A stretch of DNA of 64,000 nt, taken from assembly GCA_017630915.1 (NCBI GenBank), contig JAGBUH010000253.1, forward strand, positions 5,196 through 69,195, in the 5' to 3' direction. Under the pieces are notes generated by a model, which saw only the letters and a list, made by a program, of their open reading frames with translations, made no database searches and was not told the DNA's origin. The DNA comes from Clostridia bacterium. GTDB taxonomy: Bacteria > Bacillota > Clostridia > Oscillospirales > CAG-382. Position numbers and translations under genes: made by a program. This document shows positions 19,006-27,971 of the stretch, piece by piece. Each line of letters begins with the position of its first letter. Position 1 is the first letter of the stretch.

Positions 19006-20000
19006 TGAATACCCCTTTGATATCAATTATAGTCCCTGCATATAACATCAAAGATTTTCTACCACGTTGTTTGGATTCTATTATAGCACAGACCTACACA
19101 AATATAGAAATCATTGTCGTTAATGATGGCTCGACAGATGGAACAGCTGAAGTAATAAATGAATATGCCCAAAAATGCAATCTAATCATACCAATTCACC
19201 AAGAAAATGGCGGTGTTTCAAGCGCAAGAATGGCTGGCATCGAAATTGCGCAAGGAGAGTTTATAGCCTTTGTAGACGGGGATGATTATATTGAACCGTG
19301 CATGTATGAGCGTCTATTATCCAATGCAATTAAATACAATGCAGATATTTCTCACTGCGGTTATAAAATGATTTTCCCCGACGGGCACGAAGATTTATAT
19401 TACGGAACAGGGCGTACAGTTGTACAAACACGCGAACAAGGGTTGTTTGACTTGTTAACAGGCGAATTTATAGAACCCGGCTTGTGTAACAAATTATTCA
19501 AAAGCCATTTGATGAACTTCGCCTTATCTGAAATATGGGATAATTCTATTCGTATTAACGAAGATCTCCTTCTTAATTATATTTTATTTTCAAATGCCAA
19601 CGTTTCTATTTTTCACGATATCACGCCATACCATTATATTCTTCGAAAGGGTTCCGCTGCAACTTCAAAAATCCACCGATATAAAATTACTGATCCTATA
19701 AAAGTTTTAAAACTTATTATTAGCGATATAAGCCCACATTCCATATTATATTCGGTGGTTTATACAAGATATATACGGACTCTCATTTCCGTCGCCACGC
19801 AAAAAGATTGGCAAGAAGATGCCGATAATGCTAAAAATAATTTGCGCAGCGAAATCAAAAACAAACACTTAAAAACATTTTGTTCTTCTAAAAAGGTATT
19901 TTTGATGGCCTTATGCGTCGCATATGCGCTTCCTCTTTATAAATTCATTCGTTTCGTGTATGATAAAATCACTGGTGTTTCTAAAAAATATGAATTATAA
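19005..20000 (+). CDS. glycosyltransferase family 2
   Basis: It has SIIVPAYNIKDFLPRCLDSIIAQTYTNIEIIVVNDGSTDGT and FVDGDDYI. The ATG at 19005 overlaps the upstream TGA (TGATG); the track start at 19002 is a GTG. Confidence 0.88.
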   Translation: MNTPLISIIVPAYNIKDFLPRCLDSIIAQTYTNIEIIVVNDGSTDGTAEVINEYAQKCNLIIPIHQENGGVSSARMAGIEIAQGEFIAFVDGDDYIEPCMYERLLSNAIKYNADISHCGYKMIFPDGHEDLYYGTGRTVVQTREQGLFDLLTGEFIEPGLCNKLFKSHLMNFALSEIWDNSIRINEDLLLNYILFSNANVSIFHDITPYHYILRKGSAATSKIHRYKITDPIKVLKLIISDISPHSILYSVVYTRYIRTLISVATQKDWQEDADNAKNNLRSEIKNKHLKTFCSSKKVFLMALCVAYALPLYKFIRFVYDKITGVSKKYEL

Positions 20001-20021
20001 TTTTAATCACAAAGGTAAAAA

Positions 20022-20993
20022 ATGGATTTAATAAGTGTTATAGTACCTATATATAAGGTTGAAAAATATCTTGACGAATGTGTCGAAAGTATTGTAAATC
20101 AAACATACACAAATTTAGAAATTATACTTGTTGATGACGGTTCGCCTGATAACTGCCCTCAAATGTGTGACAAATGGGCAGCCAGGGATTCACGCATTAA
20201 AGTAATTCATAAACAAAACGGTGGTTTATCAGATGCACGTAATGCTGGCATGGCCATGGCGACCGGCGAATATATAGGTTTCGTCGACAGCGATGATTGG
20301 ATTAGTGAAGACATGTATAGCCTATTATTTAAAAACATTAAAGATAAATCCAGCGATATATCCGCTTGCGGAATCTCTTGTTTTTATGATGATAATGATA
20401 CCGATACTTTTATTATGACACCAAGCGACGAATATGTTTTGGATTCAAGCACTGGCATAAAGGCTATCGTCAAAGAAGATATTTTAAAGCAACCGGTATG
20501 GTACAAATTATATAAGAAAGAAATTATTAAAGACATACCGTTTAAAGTCGGCAAATGTCATGAAGATGTTTTTTGGAGTTATCAAGCCATTGGAAACGCT
20601 AAATGTATTTCTATAATTCCTGAACCTTGTTATTATTACAGACAACGCAACGACAGCATTATGGGTTCTAATTTTTCGATGAAACACTTTGATTCTATCG
20701 AAGCAAAAGTTCAACGTGTAGAATATATACAGACACACTTCCCTGAACACACCGACCTCGCAAAATTCTCACTTTGGTTTTCATGTATATACGCAATGCA
20801 AATGGCTTTAATACACTTGGAACCAAAACAAATATCGATGTGCGTTCATATAATAAATAAAACACGAAAAATTTGCTTACCTCTTTCTGAACACAACTTC
20901 TTAAGTTTCAAACAAAGAATATGGTTGTTTTTTTCCAAAATATCATTGCTGCAAACGTGTAAAATTCGCAATCGGTTTAGAATAGGCATTTAA
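20022..20993 (+). CDS. glycosyltransferase family 2 (DDGSPDNCP subfamily)
   Basis: It has SVIVPIYKVEKYLDECVESIVNQTYTNLEIILVDDGSPDNCP, NGGLSDARNAG and FVDSDDWI. Confidence 0.88.
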   Translation: MDLISVIVPIYKVEKYLDECVESIVNQTYTNLEIILVDDGSPDNCPQMCDKWAARDSRIKVIHKQNGGLSDARNAGMAMATGEYIGFVDSDDWISEDMYSLLFKNIKDKSSDISACGISCFYDDNDTDTFIMTPSDEYVLDSSTGIKAIVKEDILKQPVWYKLYKKEIIKDIPFKVGKCHEDVFWSYQAIGNAKCISIIPEPCYYYRQRNDSIMGSNFSMKHFDSIEAKVQRVEYIQTHFPEHTDLAKFSLWFSCIYAMQMALIHLEPKQISMCVHIINKTRKICLPLSEHNFLSFKQRIWLFFSKISLLQTCKIRNRFRIGI

Positions 20994-21040
20994 TTCACAA
21001 GTGAAATTATTAAAGAAAGTAACTGTCACAGAGGTCCAAA

Positions 21041-21595
21041 ATGATCACTTCAAAAAAGGATTTAATCAATTATATTGAATCTGACAATTCGTGGTATAAT
21101 CCCAGTGGCCTTAAAAACATTTTAATCGCCAAATTCACCAATTGTCCCTATTTGAAAATAAAAAAGTATTTGTATCTTTTAAGGTATCAGGAATACTATA
21201 TAAACACTGCAAACGGCAACAAAATCAAAGGATTGCTTGGATTATATTACGAACGAAAAAAAAATAAATTGGGTTCTCTCTTAGGAATTGAAATCGGACC
21301 AAATTGTTTCGGTAAAGGTTTGCAAATTTTTCACGCAGGTTCAATAATAGTCAATTCGTCGGTACAGGCTGGAGAAAATTGCAAATTACACGGCGCGAAT
21401 TGCATCGGAAACAACGGAAAAGACGATAAAACTCCCATTTTAGGCAACGGCGTTGATATTGGATACGGCGCTGTATTGATTGGAGATATCTTTATAGCTG
21501 ATGACGTTGTTATCGGTGCTAATGCGCTCGTTAATCATTCTTTTGATACGCCTTCTTCGATAATCGCAGGCGTTCCGGCAAAAATCATCAAATAA
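21041..21595 (+). CDS. serine-acetyltransferase-like hexapeptide O-acetyltransferase
   Basis: An N-terminal helical region is followed by LbH repeats (GNGVDIGYGAVLIGDIFIADDVVIGANALV). The gene contains an A9 run at 21256..21264. Confidence 0.8.
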   Translation: MITSKKDLINYIESDNSWYNPSGLKNILIAKFTNCPYLKIKKYLYLLRYQEYYINTANGNKIKGLLGLYYERKKNKLGSLLGIEIGPNCFGKGLQIFHAGSIIVNSSVQAGENCKLHGANCIGNNGKDDKTPILGNGVDIGYGAVLIGDIFIADDVVIGANALVNHSFDTPSSIIAGVPAKIIK

Positions 21596-21617
21596 GTCGA
21601 ATTTATTGGTGCATTAA

Positions 21618-22634
21618 ATGAAATTTTCTGTAATACTTCCTGCGTTTAACGCCGAAAATACCATTAGAAAAACTCTTTTAAGTTTAATTGGACAAACACA
21701 TCAAAACTTCGAAGTTATAATTATCGATGACGGCTCTACCGATAATACACGTTTAATTTGCGAAGAATTCACTAGTTCTGATAATCGATTTGTATACATA
21801 TTCCAACCCAATTCTGGCGTTTCTAAAGCGCGAAACAATGGAATTGAACACGCTAACGGAGATTACCTTGCTTTTATAGATAGCGATGATGCCTATCATC
21901 CTGATTATTTGTCCGAATTCGTTCGATTGATTGATGGTAATCCCGAATGCGATAATTTCTGGTGCGAATATAATACAATAATTTCAACTGAAACAACGCA
22001 ATCGTATCTTAACGAACATACTGACAATACAGTACGGTATTCCAATCGCAAACAAATAATGACATTACATTCCAATGTCTTAGACGCTGCGCTTTGGAAT
22101 AAGGTTTTCAAAATTGATATTGTCAAAAACAATCGCATTAAAATGCCAGAACATATTTCATTAGGCGAAGACTTAATTTTCAATTTTAGGTTCTTGGATC
22201 ATACTCGCGATAAAATAGCAATTATAAACAAGCCACTTTATAACTATACCAAATCAGTTGACGGTTCGTTGGACAGCAAGTATCACGATAACCTAAAAGA
22301 GATTTATGATTATATCGATAGCGAATTGTTATTTTACTTGAAAAAATGGGATATTTCGGATGAGCAAATGGTGCTTTTCTATAATAGCGTTTTATTCGCG
22401 CAAGAACGTATCCTAAATAATACCTTTCGCCCACAATCTAAATTGTCATATTTTCAAAAAATCAAATACAACAAATCCATATTAAAGAGTTGCAAATTCA
22501 AAGAAGCGTTACTAAAATCAAATTGCGATATTCACCCTGCGTATAAATTCGCTTATAGAATAGCCTCTTGGCATTTGATCAAATTTCTAAATTATTTCTC
22601 ACGGATCAAAAAAATCTTCAAGGATAAATTATGA
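21618..22634 (+). CDS. glycosyltransferase family 2
   Basis: It has SVILPAFNAENTIRKTLLSLIGQTHQNFEVIIIDDGSTDNT and FIDSDDAY. Confidence 0.88.
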   Translation: MKFSVILPAFNAENTIRKTLLSLIGQTHQNFEVIIIDDGSTDNTRLICEEFTSSDNRFVYIFQPNSGVSKARNNGIEHANGDYLAFIDSDDAYHPDYLSEFVRLIDGNPECDNFWCEYNTIISTETTQSYLNEHTDNTVRYSNRKQIMTLHSNVLDAALWNKVFKIDIVKNNRIKMPEHISLGEDLIFNFRFLDHTRDKIAIINKPLYNYTKSVDGSLDSKYHDNLKEIYDYIDSELLFYLKKWDISDEQMVLFYNSVLFAQERILNNTFRPQSKLSYFQKIKYNKSILKSCKFKEALLKSNCDIHPAYKFAYRIASWHLIKFLNYFSRIKKIFKDKL

Positions 22635-23413
22635 ATCTTTTAAAATCAATACAATCTCGAATCATACAACCGTTTCAGCAGAAACATTTTGAATTAACCA
22701 AATATGGCAAGAACATCAAGTTATACGAAAATAAATTCAAAGGCAAACGTTGCTTTATTGTCGCAAACGGACCGAGTTTGCACCCAAACGACTTAGATTT
22801 ACTTCACGATAGGAACGAAATAACATTTGGAATGAACAGAATATATAAAATGTTCGAGCAAACAAAATGGCGTCCTACATTTTATGTATGCGAAGATGAG
22901 TTAATTATAAAAGAGAAACAAACCGAAATCAACGCAATCCCGACAAAAGAAAAATTCATTCCTATTGAATTAAACTGGTGGCACGGAGTTAACGTCACGG
23001 ATGCGTTATATTTCCATCTCAACTATAAAGACGAGGAACGCTTCCCCTTCAGTTTTTCACCCGATATTGCGCATCAAATCGAATGCAGAGGCACAGTCAC
23101 ATTCACATGTATGCAAATTGCCGCATATATGGGTTTTTCGGAGATTTATTTGCTTGGTGTAGACCATAATTATCAAAAAACGATTGATATTGACGGCAAC
23201 GTAGTGTTTGATCCGAATGCCAAGGATTACTTTTGTGAAGGTTATGACACCGACATAAAAGATATCGCAATTCATGATATGGGTAATAATACTCGCGCTT
23301 ATATGGATGCGAAAAAATATTGTGACGAAACTAATAAATCTAAAATTTTCAACGCAACGCGCGGCGGCAAACTTGAAGTTTTCCAAAGAGTTGATTTTGA
23401 CACATTGTTTTGA
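22631..23413 (+). CDS. DUF115 / MptE-like protein (Maf- and GT42-sialyltransferase-like fold); candidate CMP-sugar-acid transferase
   Basis: 260 aa. KGKRCFIVANGPSLHPNDLDLL...ITFGMNRIY resembles the GNGPSL nucleotide-sugar motif of Cst-type and Maf proteins, and YLLGVDHNY is the second conserved block. The start overlaps the upstream stop in an ATGA. Confidence 0.6.
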   Translation: MNLLKSIQSRIIQPFQQKHFELTKYGKNIKLYENKFKGKRCFIVANGPSLHPNDLDLLHDRNEITFGMNRIYKMFEQTKWRPTFYVCEDELIIKEKQTEINAIPTKEKFIPIELNWWHGVNVTDALYFHLNYKDEERFPFSFSPDIAHQIECRGTVTFTCMQIAAYMGFSEIYLLGVDHNYQKTIDIDGNVVFDPNAKDYFCEGYDTDIKDIAIHDMGNNTRAYMDAKKYCDETNKSKIFNATRGGKLEVFQRVDFDTLF

Positions 23414-23427
23414 AAAGGGGTATCAAA

Positions 23428-24285
23428 ATGGAAGAAAACACAAACAAGCAATATCACACGCACATAACATCAAAACACAAATTGTTTTCTCTTAACCTAA
23501 AAGAAGTTTGGCAATACAAAGACCTTATTGTATTGTTTACTAAAAGGTCCTTTACACTTACATACAAACAAACGGTTCTCGGTCCGGCGTGGATATTTTT
23601 AAACCCGTTAATAAGCGGTTTGATCTATGCTTTTGTGTTCGGCGGAATCGCAGGTATTGGAACCGATGGTGTCCCTGCAATATTGTTTTATTTAACAAGT
23701 AATGCGGTTTGGACGTTCTTTGCAGCGTGTGTGAATAAAAATGCGAGTACTTTTACTTCAAATGCAGGTGTTTTTGGTAAGGTTTACTTTCCTCGTTTAA
23801 CCACACCGATATCCAACGTGCTTTCATCGATAATACAGTTTGGCATACAGATATTATTAGTATTAGGCTTTTTAATTTATTATCTTGCCGTTGGCGAAGT
23901 TTCCCCCAATTGGATAGCCTGGATTTTTATTCCTATTGAAATTGTTCATTTGGGTTTGCTTGGACTTGGTGTTGGCATTATTATTTCTAGTCTTACTACT
24001 AAATATCGCGATTTAACCGTACTTGTAACCTTTGGTGTTCAACTTTGGATGTATATTACACCGATTGTCTACCCTATGTCACAACTCAATATGGGCTTGA
24101 TGAAAACCATTCTTATGATCAACCCTGTTACTGCACCCGTTGAAGCGATTAGATATGCAATTCTCGGTCAGGGAACTATCATGCCTATTTATCTTGTAAT
24201 CTCATGGGTTTTAACCATCGCAGTTACCATGTTCGGAATTATGATCTTTAACAAAGTTGAAAAAACCTTTATGGATACGGTCTGA
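23428..24285 (+). CDS. ABC-2 type polysaccharide/teichoic-acid exporter permease (Wzm/TagG-like)
   Basis: Six hydrophobic segments, and it sits next to a Wzt/TagH-type ATPase. I chose the ATG at 23428 because an AAGGGG RBS precedes it; the track start at 23410 is a TTG overlapping the upstream stop. Confidence 0.85.
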   Translation: MEENTNKQYHTHITSKHKLFSLNLKEVWQYKDLIVLFTKRSFTLTYKQTVLGPAWIFLNPLISGLIYAFVFGGIAGIGTDGVPAILFYLTSNAVWTFFAACVNKNASTFTSNAGVFGKVYFPRLTTPISNVLSSIIQFGIQILLVLGFLIYYLAVGEVSPNWIAWIFIPIEIVHLGLLGLGVGIIISSLTTKYRDLTVLVTFGVQLWMYITPIVYPMSQLNMGLMKTILMINPVTAPVEAIRYAILGQGTIMPIYLVISWVLTIAVTMFGIMIFNKVEKTFMDTV

Positions 24286-24294
24286 GGTGTAGTT

Positions 24295-25614
24295 ATGAGT
24301 GAACAAAGTACTAATCGAGAAATAGCAATAAAGCTTTCCAGTGTCAAAAAACAATACAAACTCGGTCAAATTGGTGGTGGCACGCTAACTGCAGATTTAC
24401 AAAGTTGGTGGGCTCGCAGACGCGGAAAAGAAGATCCCAATACAAAAATTGGTCAAGACCAACGTTTAATCGGACAAACCTTTATGGCATTAAACGGTAT
24501 TGATTTGACCGTTTATAAAGGCGAAGCGTTAGGCATCATAGGCGGAAACGGTGCAGGCAAAAGTACTATGTTAAAACTTTTAAGCCGCGTTACCGCCCCC
24601 ACCGAAGGCGAAATAGATATTTACGGTCGTATCACTTCTATGCTCGAAGTCGGCACAGGTTTCAACGGCGAACTGACCGGCCGAGAAAACGTGTATATGA
24701 ATGGCGCAATTTTAGGCATGACTAAAGCCGAAATTGATGCAAAAATGGAAGATATCATCGAGTTTTCAGAAGTTCGCGAATTTATTGATACTCCCGTAAA
24801 GCGTTATTCTTCGGGCATGTATGTTAAACTCGCATTCTCTATCGCCGCACACCTCGATTCTGAAATAATGATCATGGACGAGGTCTTGGCAGTCGGTGAT
24901 ATGGCATTTCAAAAGAAATGTCTTGATAAAATGCGCGAGGTCGCAAAGAAAGAAGGGCGAACCGTTCTATACGTTTCACATAACATGAACACCATTCGCC
25001 AGCTTTGCGATAGATGTGTTGTTTTAGAACAAGGAAAAGTTGTTTTTGAGGGGAATGTTGAGGAGGCAATAACTATATATTTAAACAAAACCGACGACGA
25101 ATTCTCTTGTTTAAATGATTTATCAAAACGAGATAGACCCAAAAGTTCAACCAACAAAGCTTTTATGCAGCAAATTGCATTTCTTAACAAAACCAAAGCG
25201 GTATGCACAAGAGGCGAGTTCTTAAAGATTAAACTTGATTGGATTGCAAAGGCAAATTTATCTGATGTCAAATTTCGAATGATTGTTCGATATAGAGATG
25301 ACTCTCCTGTTGGACTAGTTCAATCGGAAAGTTTAGGCAATTTTTCCGTTGACGAAACACAAATAACAAATCTTGAATTTGATACCAGTATGCTTGCGGA
25401 AGGAAAATACTTTTTCAGCATCGCGCTATTTCAAAGTGACGAAGTTGGAAATAGTGTCATTTTAGACCACGTTACACGCGCTTGTAGTATAGAAATATTA
25501 AATAATACTGAAGATAAGAAAATATTAAACTGGGAACATCGTTGGTGGGGTTCTATTAGATTTCCCAGCTTGAAAATTCTAAATCAAGGATTTATTAAAG
25601 ATGGAAATCATTAA
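24295..25614 (+). CDS. ABC exporter ATPase (Wzt/TagH-like) with a C-terminal beta-rich extension of about 175 aa
   Basis: Walker A is GGNGAGKST, the signature is YSSGMYVKLAF and Walker B is IMIMDEVLAVGD. Residues from about 265 to 439 extend beyond the nucleotide-binding domain, like the Wzt C-terminal glycan-binding domain. Confidence 0.88.
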   Translation: MSEQSTNREIAIKLSSVKKQYKLGQIGGGTLTADLQSWWARRRGKEDPNTKIGQDQRLIGQTFMALNGIDLTVYKGEALGIIGGNGAGKSTMLKLLSRVTAPTEGEIDIYGRITSMLEVGTGFNGELTGRENVYMNGAILGMTKAEIDAKMEDIIEFSEVREFIDTPVKRYSSGMYVKLAFSIAAHLDSEIMIMDEVLAVGDMAFQKKCLDKMREVAKKEGRTVLYVSHNMNTIRQLCDRCVVLEQGKVVFEGNVEEAITIYLNKTDDEFSCLNDLSKRDRPKSSTNKAFMQQIAFLNKTKAVCTRGEFLKIKLDWIAKANLSDVKFRMIVRYRDDSPVGLVQSESLGNFSVDETQITNLEFDTSMLAEGKYFFSIALFQSDEVGNSVILDHVTRACSIEILNNTEDKKILNWEHRWWGSIRFPSLKILNQGFIKDGNH

Positions 25615-26866
25615 ACTGATTAATATACAAAAAAAAGAACATACTCTTGAATATGAGTTCACTACTACAGAAGGTTTAAGGAAATACTTTTCTGGTAAAC
25701 CTTTTAGAATCGAATATACATTTTCTGTAGAATCCATTCCTAATTCTATAGCGGCAGTTCCTTTTGTGTGTAATGTTTTGCCTATAATATGGTTAACAAA
25801 TTCCGTGTTAGAATTAAATGAATTGGACAAGGCCTTTTATGACAGTATACCACAATTCAAACAAGGATATGTTGAAATGTTTCCAGAATGCAATTTTCTT
25901 GGAATTATTTCAGTTAAGTCTTTAGTTGAATGCGATATCCCTTCTACAGAAAAATCCGCCACCTTCTTTTCTGGCGGTCTTGATGCAGTAAATACATTGG
26001 TAATGCATTTGGATGAGAAGCCCGCGCTCATATCAATTTGGGGGTCTGATATCAAGTACGAAAATGCATCTGGTTGGAAAGTTGTTCATGATGAAATATC
26101 CAAAACTGCAAAATTGTATAATCTTAACGATATCGTAATTAGAAGCACATTTCGCGAATTCGACAATGAATACGAACTAGAAAACACAATAAAAATCAAC
26201 TGGTGGCACGACTTAAAGCATGGAATAGGTTTGTTAGGGCACGCAGCTCCATATGTATATGAACAGGGAATATCAAAATTGTATATTGCATCGTCAAACT
26301 GTCCACTAGATAAAGATATCAAGTGCGCATCTCATCCAACAATTGATAATCATGTTCGTTTTGCTCACACAAAAGTAGTTCATGATGGATATGAATATAG
26401 TCGTCAAGACAAAGCACATAATGTAGTTGAATATTCCAAGAAAAGTGGAGAAAAAGTTTCATTACACGTATGTTGGAAAACGCAAACCGGTAACAATTGT
26501 TGCAAGTGCGAAAAATGTTATCGAACGATGCTCGGTATAATTTCCGAGGGTGCGGATCCGGTGGATTTCGGTTTTTTTGAAGCACCCACTTATATACCTA
26601 ATTGCCGTCAATTTCTTATTGGTAAAAGAAATTTGGAAACAAGTATTGCTAAACGGCATTGGACACATATACATAATGCATTTGTAAATAATTTGAAAGT
26701 AATAAAAAAAACGCCATATTGGAAACATGTCAAATGGATCTATAAAAGTGATTTTTCACACCCTGAAACACTAAACATGCCCCCCAAATCATTACGAGAA
26801 TGGCTATCCCGACAAAAGTTTTATCAAAAACTTCACGACATAAAAATTAACATGAAAAAATCATAA
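25601..26866 (+). CDS. uncharacterised protein with a QueC-like PP-loop and a Cys4 cluster
   Basis: 421 aa. The PP-loop-like motif FFSGGLDAVNT is at aa 122-132. The cysteine cluster VCWKTQTGNNCCKCEKCYRTMLG (aa 290-312) aligns by eye with the QueC Zn motif C[YW]..G..CG.C..C..R..G. The ATG lies 14 nt inside the wzt 3' end. Confidence 0.45.
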   Translation: MEIIKLINIQKKEHTLEYEFTTTEGLRKYFSGKPFRIEYTFSVESIPNSIAAVPFVCNVLPIIWLTNSVLELNELDKAFYDSIPQFKQGYVEMFPECNFLGIISVKSLVECDIPSTEKSATFFSGGLDAVNTLVMHLDEKPALISIWGSDIKYENASGWKVVHDEISKTAKLYNLNDIVIRSTFREFDNEYELENTIKINWWHDLKHGIGLLGHAAPYVYEQGISKLYIASSNCPLDKDIKCASHPTIDNHVRFAHTKVVHDGYEYSRQDKAHNVVEYSKKSGEKVSLHVCWKTQTGNNCCKCEKCYRTMLGIISEGADPVDFGFFEAPTYIPNCRQFLIGKRNLETSIAKRHWTHIHNAFVNNLKVIKKTPYWKHVKWIYKSDFSHPETLNMPPKSLREWLSRQKFYQKLHDIKINMKKS

Positions 26867-26876
26867 AGGCGTATAT

Positions 26877-27968
26877 ATGAGAATGAGTAAAGATTTTTTA
26901 TTGCCGCTCCGAAAGCTTCATGGTTATATCCATGAACAAAAGATGTTTCTCAATGAACAAAGAAAAATCAAAAAAAAGTACACCGCTTTGATTAAATCAA
27001 AATTCGGCCATAACCCCCGATGCGTTTTTTTAGTTTTAACGCCCGAACATGATAACATGGGTGACCACGCCATTGCTTATGCAGAAACTAGAATACTTAA
27101 TTCTGCAAATATTGACTATATTGAAATAAGCGGTCAGGAATTAGAGCTTCTGCAATCATATCGCTTGCTGAATATTATGAATGGAAGACCTATTTTGATA
27201 AACGGCGGCGGTAATCTAGGGTCAATTTGGTTTAACATCGAACAGTTAATACGTGATGTTATTATAAGAAACCCTAAATCTTCCATTGCAATTCTTCCCA
27301 ATACAATTTATTATGAAAATAATGATTTTGGAAAATCCGAATTTCTAAAATCACAGGATATTTATGATCATCATAATAATCTCCTATTATATGCTAGGGA
27401 ACAAGTTTCATACAATATCATGAAATCAGCATATAAAAATGTTAAGTTAATTCCCGATGTTGTATTATCTCTTGACATGTCAGATAACAAAATAGATCGT
27501 GACGGGTGTCTTCTATGTTTGAGACACGATCGTGAAAAAACACTAACTGATATGGATGAAGATATTATTATCCGTCAAGTAGAGAGAATGTTCGGAAACA
27601 ATTATACACGCACCGACACGTGTATTGGTGTTTATATTTCAAAAGATAATCGAGGTGTTGAATTAAGTAAAAAAATTCAACAGTTCAAATCAGCCGAACT
27701 TGTTATAACCGACCGCCTCCACGGTATGATTTTTGCAGCGATAACAGGTACACCTTGTATATTAATCGACAGTAAAAGCCCAAAAATCAAAGGGTGTTAT
27801 GAATGGTTAAAGACTTTAGAGTATATACATTTTGTCAACGATATATCACAAATCAACGACATATATAAATCCATACCAAAACGCGAGTATAACTACAACA
27901 ACGAACATTTGAAACCCTATTTTGACATCCTGATACAAGATATTTCTAATATATTAGAGGGAATTTAA
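26877..27968 (+). CDS. polysaccharide pyruvyltransferase family protein (copy 1)
   Basis: It has LTPEHDNMGDHAIAYAE, ILINGGGNLGSIW and ITDRLHGMIFAAITGTPCILI, which are typical of the WcaK/CsaB/EpsO family. Confidence 0.8.
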   Translation: MRMSKDFLLPLRKLHGYIHEQKMFLNEQRKIKKKYTALIKSKFGHNPRCVFLVLTPEHDNMGDHAIAYAETRILNSANIDYIEISGQELELLQSYRLLNIMNGRPILINGGGNLGSIWFNIEQLIRDVIIRNPKSSIAILPNTIYYENNDFGKSEFLKSQDIYDHHNNLLLYAREQVSYNIMKSAYKNVKLIPDVVLSLDMSDNKIDRDGCLLCLRHDREKTLTDMDEDIIIRQVERMFGNNYTRTDTCIGVYISKDNRGVELSKKIQQFKSAELVITDRLHGMIFAAITGTPCILIDSKSPKIKGCYEWLKTLEYIHFVNDISQINDIYKSIPKREYNYNNEHLKPYFDILIQDISNILEGI

Positions 27969-27971
27969 TTT

